Positions 29,630 to 39,954 of a stretch of 64,000 bases of DNA are shown one piece after another. How positions within the stretch are numbered: position 1 is the stretch's first letter; every line of letters begins with the position of its first letter. Source of the DNA: Dokdonella sp. (lineage in GTDB: Bacteria; Pseudomonadota; Gammaproteobacteria; Xanthomonadales; Rhodanobacteraceae); assembly GCF_023228465.1 (NCBI RefSeq), contig NZ_JALOBC010000006.1, one strand, 5' to 3'. Both the position numbers and the translations under genes were made by a program. The notes beneath the pieces were generated by a model. The model ran no database searches and had not been told where the DNA came from. It saw only the letters and a list, made by a program, of their open reading frames with translations.

Positions 29630-29850
29630 GGCATCGGGACTGAAGTCCCCCCCACAGGCCGCTTGCCGCCCTCCCAACAGGCCTCTTGCCGCCATCGCGC
29701 GGGCTGCCGCCGCCGCTTGCCACAGGCCAGTTGCCGCTTTCCCACAGGCTGCTTGCTGCTCCGCTCCGCAGGCCGCTTGCCGAGCCACGCGCGGGGCGGC
29801 GCTCTGGCGGAATTGGTGCGGGAGCGGCGTCAGCCGCGATGCACGCGCTC
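29630..29850. repeat. REP-like intergenic repeat cluster
   Basis: Hairpin gggac-tgaa-gtccc (29636-29649). About five degenerate tandem copies of CCCACAGGCCGCTTGCCGC follow (29650-29786). The cluster ends with tgcgggagcggcgtcagccgcgatgca (29817-29845), which resembles the GGGAGCGGCTTCAGCCGCGA REP class common in Xanthomonadales. Confidence 0.6.
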
Positions 29851-29886
29851 GCTGGCGGCGCGCAGCCTCATCCGGCAGCGGCGAAC

Positions 29887-30828
29887 CTATTCCACTGCAT
29901 AGCCGAAATCCTCCTTGAAGCGCGCGGCGAACTCGGCAAAGTCGAAGCGCTGGTTCTGCGTGCCGGGGTGCTCGATCTTCATCGCGCCCATCAGCGAGGC
30001 GGCGCGGCCGGCGGTCGGCCAGTCCATGTCGCGCATGCGGGCGAAGATGAGGCCGGCGCGGTAGGCATCGCCGCAGCCGGTGGGATCGACCACGGCGCGG
30101 TCCCTGGCCGGAGGTATCTCGTGCAGCGTGCGACCGCCATCGGCGTGCACCTCCGAACCGTGTGGGCCGTGGGTGATGATGAAGGCCTCGGTACGCGCGG
30201 CGATGTCGGCCACGCTCCAGCCGGTGCGCGCCTGCAGCAGCTGGGATTCATAGTCGTTGACGATCACGTAGGTGGCCTTGTCGATCATGGCGCGGAACTC
30301 CGCGCCGTCGAACAGCGGCATCGCCTGGCCGGGGTCGAAGATGAAGGGCACACCGCGCGCGGCGAACTCGTCGACATGCTGCAGCATGGCCTCGCGCCCG
30401 TCCGGCGCGACGATGCCGAAACTGATGTCGCGTGCGTCGCGCACATGGTTTTCGTGCGCGCGCAGCATGGCGCCCGGGTGGAAGGCGGTGATCTGGTTGT
30501 TGTCCAGGTCGGTGGTGATGAAGCCCTGCGGCGTGTATTCGTCCTCGATCACGCGCACGTGGTCGAGACGGATCCCGCAGGCCTGCAGATGCGCGCGATA
30601 GGGTCCGAAATCGCGTCCCACCGTCGCCATCGGCAGTGGATCGCCGCCCAGGAGCTTCAGGTTGTAGGCGATGTTGCCGGCGCAGCCGCCGAACTCGCGG
30701 CGCATGCGCGGCACCAGGAAGGACACATTCAGGATATGCACCTGATCGGGCAGGATGTGCTTCTTGAACTGGTCCTGGAACACCATGATGGTGTCGTAGG
30801 CGAGCGAACCGCAGATCAGGGCGGACAT
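29887..30828 (-). CDS. PfkB-family carbohydrate/nucleoside kinase
   Basis: ATG 30828 gives MSALICGSLAYDTIMVF... The C-terminal motif is DPTGCGDAYRAG (DxxGAGD type). The track start 31005 was rejected. Confidence 0.85.
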   Translation of the reverse strand: MSALICGSLAYDTIMVFQDQFKKHILPDQVHILNVSFLVPRMRREFGGCAGNIAYNLKLLGGDPLPMATVGRDFGPYRAHLQACGIRLDHVRVIEDEYTPQGFITTDLDNNQITAFHPGAMLRAHENHVRDARDISFGIVAPDGREAMLQHVDEFAARGVPFIFDPGQAMPLFDGAEFRAMIDKATYVIVNDYESQLLQARTGWSVADIAARTEAFIITHGPHGSEVHADGGRTLHEIPPARDRAVVDPTGCGDAYRAGLIFARMRDMDWPTAGRAASLMGAMKIEHPGTQNQRFDFAEFAARFKEDFGYAVE

Positions 30829-30970
30829 TCGGGCTTCCCGGCGGACAAAGCGTGCGAGTTTAGCGGAATTGGCGCCCTGGCCGGCGTCGGCAGGCCGGTG
30901 CACGCCGGCGCCTGGCCCCGTCATCAGTCGGAAATCCGCGTCGTGCAAGGGTTTTTTAACTTGCTTGTCC

Positions 30971-32087
<1,117 letters not shown>

Positions 32088-32218
32088 GGCGGGGGCCGGG
32101 CATCCGGCCGCCGGGATGCGGCAGCGCGGCCGTCTGCGGTGGTGGCCGCGCCCTTGCTCCGGCGGGCTGACCGACGCCACCGGCCCATTCCAAGTCATCC
32201 ATCACGAATCGCGGTTGC

Positions 32219-33157
32219 ATGCGTCCCGACACTGCCACGCTGTTTGCCGAAGGCCAGGTCGGCACCCTGAAGCTGGTTGCCTACCTGGCGCTGGCCGTCG
32301 GTCTGATGGTGTTCGACCACCGCGGCCACCATCTCCAATCACTGCGGCATGCCGTGGGCGTGGTGGTGGAACCGGTGTACCGCCTGGCTGCGCTGCCCTC
32401 GGACATCGCGCGTGCCACGCGTACCGCCGTGGTCACCCAGGACCAGCTCGCCAGTGAAAATCGTCTGCTGCGCGAGCAATTGCTGCTGGCGCAGGCGCGA
32501 CTCAACCGGCTCGACGCCCTGGTGGCGCAGAACGTGCGGCTCAAGGCACTGCTGGATGCGCAGAAGGACCTGGGGCTCAGCGTCCGCTTTGCGCGCCTGA
32601 TCGACGTCGATCTGGATCCGTTCCGTCACCGCGTGGTCCTGGATGTCGGCGCGCGCGAGGGCGTGGTCGTCGGCCAGCCGATCATCGACGCCGATGGCGT
32701 CATGGGGCAGGTCGTGGAAGTGATGCCGGGGACGGCGATTGCCATGCTGATCACCGATCCGGCGCATGCCGTGCCGGTGGTGGTCGAGCGCACCGGCCTG
32801 CGCACCATCGCCTACGGCAGCGGCGCCATCGATCGCCTGGAGCTGCCGAACATCCCCATCAGTGCCGATGTCCGGCCGGGCGACCGGCTGCTCACTTCGG
32901 GTCTCGGCGGGCGGTTCCCGGCCGGCTTTCCGGTGGGCGAGATCCGTTCCATCAGCAATGATGCCAGCGGCATGTTCGCGGCCGCGCTGGCGACCCCGGC
33001 AGCGGCGCTCGACCGCAGCGGCGAGGTGCTGCTGCTGCACGATCAGCCCCAGCCCTATGGGCCGCCGCAAGCGCTCGAAGCGATGGGGCCACCGGCAGAT
33101 CTCGCCAGTCCGGATCCGCGCGCGCCGTCCGCGCAGCCGGTGTCGCCTTCGCCATGA
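32219..33157 (+). CDS. mreC: rod-shape-determining protein MreC
   Basis: N-terminal TM helix, coiled coil (LASENRLLREQLLLAQARL) and beta-barrel domains (..GQPIIDADGVMGQVVEV.., ..LLTSGLGGRFPAGFPVGEI..). Its position after mreB fits. Confidence 0.93.
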   Translation: MRPDTATLFAEGQVGTLKLVAYLALAVGLMVFDHRGHHLQSLRHAVGVVVEPVYRLAALPSDIARATRTAVVTQDQLASENRLLREQLLLAQARLNRLDALVAQNVRLKALLDAQKDLGLSVRFARLIDVDLDPFRHRVVLDVGAREGVVVGQPIIDADGVMGQVVEVMPGTAIAMLITDPAHAVPVVVERTGLRTIAYGSGAIDRLELPNIPISADVRPGDRLLTSGLGGRFPAGFPVGEIRSISNDASGMFAAALATPAAALDRSGEVLLLHDQPQPYGPPQALEAMGPPADLASPDPRAPSAQPVSPSP

Positions 33158-33642
33158 ACCACCGCCGCCTGCAGGCCTGGCTGTTCGCCGGCAGTTTTGC
33201 CTTCGCCTTCCTGCTGCAGCTGATGCCGTTGCCGCAGGCCCTGTTGCCGCTCAAGCCCTGGTGGCTGGGCCTGGTGCTGGTGTACTGGGCGATCGAGGCC
33301 CCTGAACGCGTGGGTCTGGGCCTGGCCTTCCTGCTCGGCATCGCCGGTGATGCGCTCAATGGCGAACTGCTGGGCGAGCAGTCGCTGCGCCTGCTGGTGC
33401 TGGCCTTCATCGTGCTGCGCTTCCGCGCACGGCTGCGCTTCTTCCCGCTCTGGCAACAGTCGCTGGTGGTGCTGGCGCTGCTGCTCAATGACCGCATCGT
33501 GATGCTGATGGTGCGCGGCTTCTCCGGCGCGCCCATGCCATCGGCCGCGTTCTGGCTGGCGCCCGCCGTCGGCATGCTGGCCTGGCCACTGCTGTTCCTG
33601 TTGCTCGATGACCTGCGCTTGCGCCTGCGCGGGAGCGATTGA
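33154..33642 (+). CDS. mreD: rod-shape-determining protein MreD
   Basis: Polytopic 162-aa membrane protein with an ATGA overlap with mreC. Confidence 0.9.
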   Translation: MNHRRLQAWLFAGSFAFAFLLQLMPLPQALLPLKPWWLGLVLVYWAIEAPERVGLGLAFLLGIAGDALNGELLGEQSLRLLVLAFIVLRFRARLRFFPLWQQSLVVLALLLNDRIVMLMVRGFSGAPMPSAAFWLAPAVGMLAWPLLFLLLDDLRLRLRGSD

Positions 33643-33644
33643 GC

Positions 33645-35582
33645 ATGGCCAGGCGGCGTTTGCGTGGCCGTGGGCGCGCTTCGGCCTGGTCGGACTCGGC
33701 GGGCAAGCCGCTCAAGGAGGCGCAGCTCGAAGCCAGCCTGTTCCGCCGCCGCGCGCTGGCCGGCTTCGGGCTGATCGTGCTGGCGCTGGTCGCACTCGGC
33801 GTACGCTTTGCGTGGCTGCAGATCGAGCGGCATGACGAGTTCCGCGCGCGCTCGGAAGCCAACCGCGTCCTGACCCGCCCGTTGCCGCCGGCGCGCGGCC
33901 TCATCTACGACCGCAACGGTGTGCTGCTGGCCGACAACGTGGCCGCATTTCGCCTGGAGGTGACGCCCGAACAGGTGGCAGACATGGACGCCATGCTGGC
34001 GGCGCTCGCCCGGGTGGTGCCGCTTGGCGCGGATGACCTGGCGCGTTTCCGGGCGTTGCGCAAGGGCAAGCGCGCCTACCAGAGCGTGCCCTTGCGCATG
34101 AAGCTTTCCGAAGAGGAAATCGCGCGCTTTTCGGTCAACCGCTGGGCCTTCCCCGGCGTGGACGTGGTGCCCTATCTCACGCGCGCATATCCGCTGGGCG
34201 CCGACTTCGCCCACGTGGTGGGCTACGTCGGGCGCATCGACAGCGACGACCTGGCCACGCTCGACAAGGGCGAATATGCAGGCACCACGCATATCGGCAA
34301 GACCGGCATCGAGCGCTACTACGAGGCACGTCTGCATGGTACGCCGGGCTACGAGCAGGTCGAGGTGAATGCCGATCACCGGCCGTTGCGCGTGCTCGAC
34401 CGGGTCGCGCCGCAGCCGGGCGAGAACCTCTATCTGAGCATCGATGCAGACATCCAGGCAGCCGCCCAGGCGGCGTTTGCCGGGCGCGCCGGGGCGGCGG
34501 TCGCGATCGACCCGCGCAATGGCGAGGTGCTGGCCATGGTCAGCGTGCCGAGCTTCGATCCGAACCTGTTCGTCAACGGCATCAGCCACGCCGACTACGC
34601 GGCCCTGCTGGCCGCGCCGCACCATCCGCTCATGCAGCGCGCGCTGCGCGGCAGCTACATCCCCGGCTCCACCATGAAGCCGTTCGTCGGGCTCGCCGGG
34701 CTGGAGACCGGCGTGCGCAAGCCCGGCGACACCATCCTTTCGGTCGGCGAGTTCCACATTCCCGGGCAGTCGCGTGGCTACCGTGATGACGCGCGCGGCG
34801 GCCACGGCCGCGTGGACCTGGTGCAGGCGATCTCCCAGTCGGTCAATACCTATTTCTATTCGGTCGCCTTCGACATGGGCATCGACCGCTTCGCCGAGGT
34901 CATGGCCCGCTTCGGCTTCGGTCGGCCGACCGGCATCGACCTGGTCGGCGAAGGCAGTGGCGTGCTGCCCTCGCGGGAATGGAAGCGCGCGCATCTGCAC
35001 CAGCCCTGGTATCCCGGCGAGACGGTGATCGCCGGCATTGGCCAGGGTTACTGGGTGGTGACGCCGCTGCAGCTGGCCAACGCCACGGCCATGCTGGCCG
35101 GGCGCGGCGTGCGCCACACGCCGCGGCTGCTGCGCGCGGTGCAGCGCGGCCTTGGCGACCGGCCCACGCCGGTACCGGCGCCTGCGCCCGAGCGCGTGGT
35201 GCATCGCGAGGGCGACTGGCAGGCCGTCGAGCAGGGCATGGTCGAGGTGATCCGCAGCGGCACCGCGCGCGGCCTGGACAAGGGCTTTCCCTATACCCTG
35301 GCCGGCAAGACCGGCACCGCCGAACGCTATTCGCGCACCGACGAAACCTGGACTTCGATCAGCACCAGTGCGATCGAGCGCCACCAGGTGTTGTTCGAGG
35401 CGTTCACGCCAGCCGAGGATCCGCGCATTGCGGTCATCGCGGTGCTCGAGGCCGGGCGCAGCGGCGGTCGGGATGCGGCGCCGATCGTGCGCGCCATCCT
35501 CGACGCCTGGTTGCCCGGCGACCTCGAGCGGCAGGCCGCTCTGCAGGCCACCGGTGCCGCGGTGGCGGAGCCGGCACCGTGA
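33645..35582 (+). CDS. mrdA: penicillin-binding protein 2 (elongasome transpeptidase)
   Basis: ..RGLIYDRNGVLLADN.., STMKPF (SxxK) and KTGTAE. ATG 33645 follows GGGAG; the track uses TTG 33639. Confidence 0.95.
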   Translation: MARRRLRGRGRASAWSDSAGKPLKEAQLEASLFRRRALAGFGLIVLALVALGVRFAWLQIERHDEFRARSEANRVLTRPLPPARGLIYDRNGVLLADNVAAFRLEVTPEQVADMDAMLAALARVVPLGADDLARFRALRKGKRAYQSVPLRMKLSEEEIARFSVNRWAFPGVDVVPYLTRAYPLGADFAHVVGYVGRIDSDDLATLDKGEYAGTTHIGKTGIERYYEARLHGTPGYEQVEVNADHRPLRVLDRVAPQPGENLYLSIDADIQAAAQAAFAGRAGAAVAIDPRNGEVLAMVSVPSFDPNLFVNGISHADYAALLAAPHHPLMQRALRGSYIPGSTMKPFVGLAGLETGVRKPGDTILSVGEFHIPGQSRGYRDDARGGHGRVDLVQAISQSVNTYFYSVAFDMGIDRFAEVMARFGFGRPTGIDLVGEGSGVLPSREWKRAHLHQPWYPGETVIAGIGQGYWVVTPLQLANATAMLAGRGVRHTPRLLRAVQRGLGDRPTPVPAPAPERVVHREGDWQAVEQGMVEVIRSGTARGLDKGFPYTLAGKTGTAERYSRTDETWTSISTSAIERHQVLFEAFTPAEDPRIAVIAVLEAGRSGGRDAAPIVRAILDAWLPGDLERQAALQATGAAVAEPAP

Positions 35583-36700
35583 TCGACGCGGCCGTCGCCC
35601 GCCTGGGTCGGCGCCTGCGCGGCCTGGTGGGCCGCCCGCGCGTGGATCTGCCACTGTTGGGCGCACTGCTGCTGCTGATGGGCGTGGGCCTTGTCACGCT
35701 CTACAGCGCGAGCGATCTCGATCGCGGCCTGGTGCTGGCGCAGGCGCTGCGCTTCGCGCTCGGCCTGGCCTGCATGTTCGCGCTGGCGCGGGTGCCGCCG
35801 CTCACCCTGCGCAACTGGACGCCTGCGCTGTACGTGGCCAGCGTCCTGCTGCTGGTGGCCGTGGCCCTGCTCGGCGAGGGACGCGGCGCGCACCGCTGGC
35901 TCGATCTTGGCGTGCTGCGCTTCCAGCCATCGGAAGTCCTCAAGCTCAGCATGCCGATGATGGTCGCCTGGTACCTCAATGGCCGGCCGCTGCCGCCGGG
36001 CTGGACGACGCTGGCGGTGGTCGGCGTGCTGATCGCGATCCCGGCCGGCCTGATCGCCGAGCAGCCCGATCTCGGCACCGCGCTGCTGGTCGTCGCCAGC
36101 GGGGCGTTCGGCGTGTTCCTCGCCGGCATCGCCTGGTGGCGCATCGGCCTGCTTGCCGCCGCCGTGGCGGCAGCCGTGCCGATCGGCTGGCAGTTCCTGC
36201 ACGACTACCAGAAGGATCGCGTGCTGACCCTGCTCGATCCCGAAGCCGATCCGCTCGGCAACGGCTGGCACATCATCCAGTCGCAGATCGCCGTGGGATC
36301 CGGGGGCCTGTGGGGCAAGGGCTGGCATCGCGGTACGCAGTCGCGCCTGGAATTCCTGCCCGAGCACACCACCGATTTCATCTTCTCGGTGTTCGCCGAG
36401 GAATGGGGACTGGTCGGCGTCGCCCTGCTGCTGGTGCTGTATGCCTTCATCATCGCGCGTTGCCTGTGGATCGCGGCTTCGGCACGCGATACCTACGCGC
36501 GCCTGCTGGCCGGTGCCATCAGCATGGCGCTGTTCGTGTATGTGGTGGTCAACGGCGGCATGATCGCCGGCGTGCTGCCGGTGGTCGGCGTGCCGCTGCC
36601 GCTGATGAGTTATGGCGGCACCTCGGCGGTGTCGATCCTCGCCGGCTTCGGCGTGCTGATGTCCATCCACGCGCATCGTCGGCGCGCGGCCCCGTGGTAG
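35579..36700 (+). CDS. rodA: SEDS glycosyltransferase RodA
   Basis: GTG 35579 overlaps the mrdA stop. The sequence reads ..LLLLMGVGLVTLYSAS..QPSEVLKLSMPMMVAW..PDLGTALL..HTDFIFSVFAEEWG..PLPLMSYGGTS. The 200-aa upstream part of the track ORF lies inside mrdA and was rejected. Confidence 0.93.
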   Translation: MIDAAVARLGRRLRGLVGRPRVDLPLLGALLLLMGVGLVTLYSASDLDRGLVLAQALRFALGLACMFALARVPPLTLRNWTPALYVASVLLLVAVALLGEGRGAHRWLDLGVLRFQPSEVLKLSMPMMVAWYLNGRPLPPGWTTLAVVGVLIAIPAGLIAEQPDLGTALLVVASGAFGVFLAGIAWWRIGLLAAAVAAAVPIGWQFLHDYQKDRVLTLLDPEADPLGNGWHIIQSQIAVGSGGLWGKGWHRGTQSRLEFLPEHTTDFIFSVFAEEWGLVGVALLLVLYAFIIARCLWIAASARDTYARLLAGAISMALFVYVVVNGGMIAGVLPVVGVPLPLMSYGGTSAVSILAGFGVLMSIHAHRRRAAPW

Positions 36701-36712
36701 CCGGGCCGCCGA

Positions 36713-37372
36713 TCAGCCGCCGTGGCGCAGATGCCACACGGCCGTCGACAACGCCGTCACGCCTTCGGCGGCGAAGCCCGGCTCGTCGGCGAGGATGTCG
36801 CGTCGTTCGCGCAGTTCGGCGTGCCAGGCCGGAGTGAACAGGCGCGCCACTTCCGCGGCATCCACGGAAAAGGGTGGCCCGGCCTTGTCCGCGGGCGGGT
36901 ATTCCAGCGTGATCAGCAGGCCCTGGCAGCCGGCCGGCAGGCGCGCATAGGGGCCGCTGGCGTAGCGCTGGCGCAGCGCGGCTGGCAGCGCGATCAGCGC
37001 CGCGCGATCGTACACCGCCCGGCAATCAGCCAGCGCCTTCGCGTCCAGCGCAAACACATCGCCGCAGACGAGTTCGATGTTGCCGGCGACATGGTGGATG
37101 CCGAGCGGCGAGCGGCGGATCTCCGGCCGCAGGCGGTTTTCGGCGAAGAACTGCTGGACGGCCAGCGGGGACAGCTCCACGCCGAGCACGCGATGCCCCT
37201 GCGCCGCCAGCCAGAGCATGTCGAGCGACTTGCCGGCCAGCGGCACGAACACGCGGCTGCCATGCGCGAGTGCCAGCGCCGGCCAGTGCTTCTCGAGCAG
37301 CGGCATGACCTGGTCACGGTGAAAGCCGGTGCGGCCCTCGCGCCAGCGCTGCAGCCAGAAATCGGGTTCCAT
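36713..37372 (-). CDS. tpm: thiopurine S-methyltransferase
   Basis: [58 protein letters not shown]. It is convergent with rodA, with a 12-nt gap. Confidence 0.9.
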   Translation of the reverse strand: MEPDFWLQRWREGRTGFHRDQVMPLLEKHWPALALAHGSRVFVPLAGKSLDMLWLAAQGHRVLGVELSPLAVQQFFAENRLRPEIRRSPLGIHHVAGNIELVCGDVFALDAKALADCRAVYDRAALIALPAALRQRYASGPYARLPAGCQGLLITLEYPPADKAGPPFSVDAAEVARLFTPAWHAELRERRDILADEPGFAAEGVTALSTAVWHLRHGG

Positions 37373-37778
37373 GGTGTTCGCCTGTCTCGTCCGCGGTCGC
37401 AGCCGCGCGTTAACCGCAGCACTATCCCGCAGCGGTGCGGCGCTGTCGACCGGGCCCCGCCCAGATCGGTCGCGGCATTGCTGCCAAAGTCCGCAGCCTG
37501 TCATATTGGGCCCGTCTTCCCATCGGCCCGTCTGCCCGAACTCGTCCGCATGCACGACCAGCCCCCCATCGTCTTCTTCCACGATCCGCACAGCCGTGCA
37601 GCCAAGACGCGCGCACCTGCGCGGCGCATGCTGGGCTCGCCGGTGCGCAGCGCACAGCCGCGCGGCGCAGGCCCACGCGCGCCGTCGTGCACGCCGTCCA
37701 CGCGAGGGTGGCCCAGGCGCGGGATGAGCGCGTGCACGGTGCCCCGATTCCCTGCGCCTGTGATGCTAAAGTAGCCCC

Positions 37779-38795
37779 ATGCAAGCATTTTCCCGCGCGG
37801 TACGCGCCCGTTCATTCGTCCTGGCCGCCGTGTGTGCGGCCAGCCTCGGGATCGCTTCCAGCGCTGTGGCAGGCAGCGTCGGTGCCGCCGAGCGCGAGTT
37901 TGCCGCCGAAGTTGCCGCGGCCGGGGGGCCGCCGGCCACCGCGGTGCTGGCGACCCTGGCGCAGGCCCGGGTGCAGCAGTCCATTCTCGATGCCATGGCG
38001 CGGCCGGCCGAGAAGACCCGCAGCTGGAAGGACTACCGGCCGATCTTCCTCACCACGGCGCGCATCGAGGACGGCATCGGCTTCTACCGCGAGAACCGCG
38101 CCCTGCTCGATCGCGTTGCTGGCGAGTACGGCGTGCCGCCGCAGATCATCGTTGCCATCATCGGCGTGGAAACCAGCTACGGGCGCATAACCGGCAAGTA
38201 CCGCGTGCTCGATGCGTTGGTCACGCTGGCGTTCCACTACCCGCCCCGTGCGAGCTACTTTCGCGGGGAGCTCAAGCGCCTGTTCCTGCTCGGCGATCAG
38301 CACCTGGCCTATCCGCTGGAGGACCTGCGCGGCTCCTATGCCGGTGCGATGGGCTGGGGCCAGTTCATGCCGACCAGCATTGCCGAGTGGGCGCGCGACG
38401 CGGATGGTGACGGGCGCATCGACCTGTGGAACTCGCTGCCGGACATCACCGCCAGCGTCGCCAACTATTTCAAGGCGCATGGCTGGCAGGCCGGGCAGCC
38501 GGTGACGGTGCGCGCCAGCGCCGCCAGCGATGCGCATGCCCTGGAGCCGGGCGGCCTGGAGCCGGTGTATACGGTGCAGCAGCTGGAAGCCTGGGGCTAC
38601 GCGCCACTCGAACGCAGCGACGCGGCCCTGCCCGCGACCCTGCTCAAGCTCGATGGCGAGGCCGGCCTCGAACACTGGCTGACCTTCCGCAACTTCTATG
38701 TCATCACGCGCTACAACCGCAGTCCCCTGTATGCGATGGCGGTTTGGCAGCTCGCCGACGAGATCGCCGCGGGCATGGACGCAGGCCGGCCATGA
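37779..38795 (+). CDS. mltB: lytic murein transglycosylase B
   Basis: ..IIGVETSYGR..LVTLAF..YAGAMGWGQFMPTS..ITRYNRSPLYAMAV; signal peptide present. Confidence 0.9.
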   Translation: MQAFSRAVRARSFVLAAVCAASLGIASSAVAGSVGAAEREFAAEVAAAGGPPATAVLATLAQARVQQSILDAMARPAEKTRSWKDYRPIFLTTARIEDGIGFYRENRALLDRVAGEYGVPPQIIVAIIGVETSYGRITGKYRVLDALVTLAFHYPPRASYFRGELKRLFLLGDQHLAYPLEDLRGSYAGAMGWGQFMPTSIAEWARDADGDGRIDLWNSLPDITASVANYFKAHGWQAGQPVTVRASAASDAHALEPGGLEPVYTVQQLEAWGYAPLERSDAALPATLLKLDGEAGLEHWLTFRNFYVITRYNRSPLYAMAVWQLADEIAAGMDAGRP

Positions 38796-38808
38796 AGCGG
38801 GGCGCGGC

Positions 38809-39771
38809 GTGCTGAGCGGTGCCGCGACGCGGGCCGCCTGCGCGCGCGGCAGGTCACTTGCGGCGCGCCTGCCGGTGCTGGCCTGCCTGGTGCTGCTGGC
38901 CGCCTGCGCCAGTCATGGACCGCGCCCCGAGGCGCCCGCCGGGGCCGCGGGCAAGGGCGCTGCCGGCCATCACGACGATACCTCGCGCAGCCAGTCCGAA
39001 CGCTACCGGCAGAGCCGGGACGGTGGCCCGGACGGTCCCCCGTTCGACGTCAGCAAGATTGCCGAACCGGTACCCAGGGCCGAGCCGCGCGCGCGATATG
39101 GCAACAAGCCGGTGTACAGCGTGCGTGGCAAGACCTACCGGGTGCTGGACGACCCTGCCGGCTACGTCGCGCGTGGCACGGCTTCCTGGTATGGCAGCAA
39201 GTTCCACGGCTACCTGACTTCCTCGTTCGAACCCTATGACATGTATGCCTTCAGCGCCGCGCACAAGACCCTGCCACTGCCCTGCTATGCGCGCGTGACC
39301 AACCTCGACAACGGCAAGAGCGTGATCGTGCGCGTCAATGATCGTGGGCCCTTCCACGACGATCGCCTGATCGACCTTTCCTACGCCGCGGCGGTGAAGA
39401 TCGGCGTGTGGCCGAACGGCACCGCGCCGGTCGAGGTGCGCGTGGTCGACCCCGGCGCGCCGCCATCGCGATCCACCCTCGTCACCGACAGTCCGGAACC
39501 GGCGGTCACGCAGGGCGCGGGCGCGACCGCCCTCATCTACCTGCAGTTGGGCTCGTTCGGCGAGCGGGCAAATGCCGAGCGCCTGGCTGCCCGCGCGCGC
39601 GCCGCCGGCCTCGCGCCGGTGGGGATCGAGCCGGTGCGTGCCGGCAGCCGCACCCTGCACCGCGTGCGCGTGGGGCCGCTGGCCGATAGCGTCGCCGCCG
39701 ATGCGCTGGCCGCGCGCGCCGCTGCACTGGGCTTCGACGCGCCGCGCGTGGCGCATGAAACCGTGCATTGA
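38809..39771 (+). CDS. rlpA: septal ring lytic transglycosylase RlpA (DPBB plus SPOR)
   Basis: Lipobox LVLLAAC. The DPBB domain is GTASWYGSKFHGYLTSSFEPYDMYAFSAAHKTLPLPCYARVTNLDNGKSVIVRVNDRGPF. The C-terminal SPOR domain begins LYLQLGSFGERANAERL. GTG 38809 was chosen and the start is uncertain. Confidence 0.88.
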   Translation: MLSGAATRAACARGRSLAARLPVLACLVLLAACASHGPRPEAPAGAAGKGAAGHHDDTSRSQSERYRQSRDGGPDGPPFDVSKIAEPVPRAEPRARYGNKPVYSVRGKTYRVLDDPAGYVARGTASWYGSKFHGYLTSSFEPYDMYAFSAAHKTLPLPCYARVTNLDNGKSVIVRVNDRGPFHDDRLIDLSYAAAVKIGVWPNGTAPVEVRVVDPGAPPSRSTLVTDSPEPAVTQGAGATALIYLQLGSFGERANAERLAARARAAGLAPVGIEPVRAGSRTLHRVRVGPLADSVAADALAARAAALGFDAPRVAHETVH

Positions 39772-39954
39772 AGCGCGCGGCGTGTGCCCGATGCCAAGCT
39801 CTGCGACAATGCGCGGATCGCCCGCCGGTGTCCCGGCTGGAACATCGGCCCGCGCGCTGCTGTCCGAGTCGGCACCGCGCGCCGGTCGCCGTCGTTGCTG
39901 CCGCGCCGGCGCCGATCCGGCCTTTTCGTATTACCGCAGGACTTCTCCACCGCA

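Noticed and set aside
34979-36700. 573-aa ORF implying a much longer RodA.
   Set aside because: The first 200 codons lie inside mrdA in a different frame and have a shadow-ORF composition. The SEDS homology starts at GTG 35579, which overlaps the mrdA stop.
37550-37774. 74-aa ORF ([15 protein letters not shown]...) in the tpm-mltB intergenic region, considered as a real small gene.
   Set aside because: It has no RBS. After about 15 codons the composition becomes Arg/Pro/Ala shadow-like. It is kept only as a possible gene remnant in a low-interest finding.
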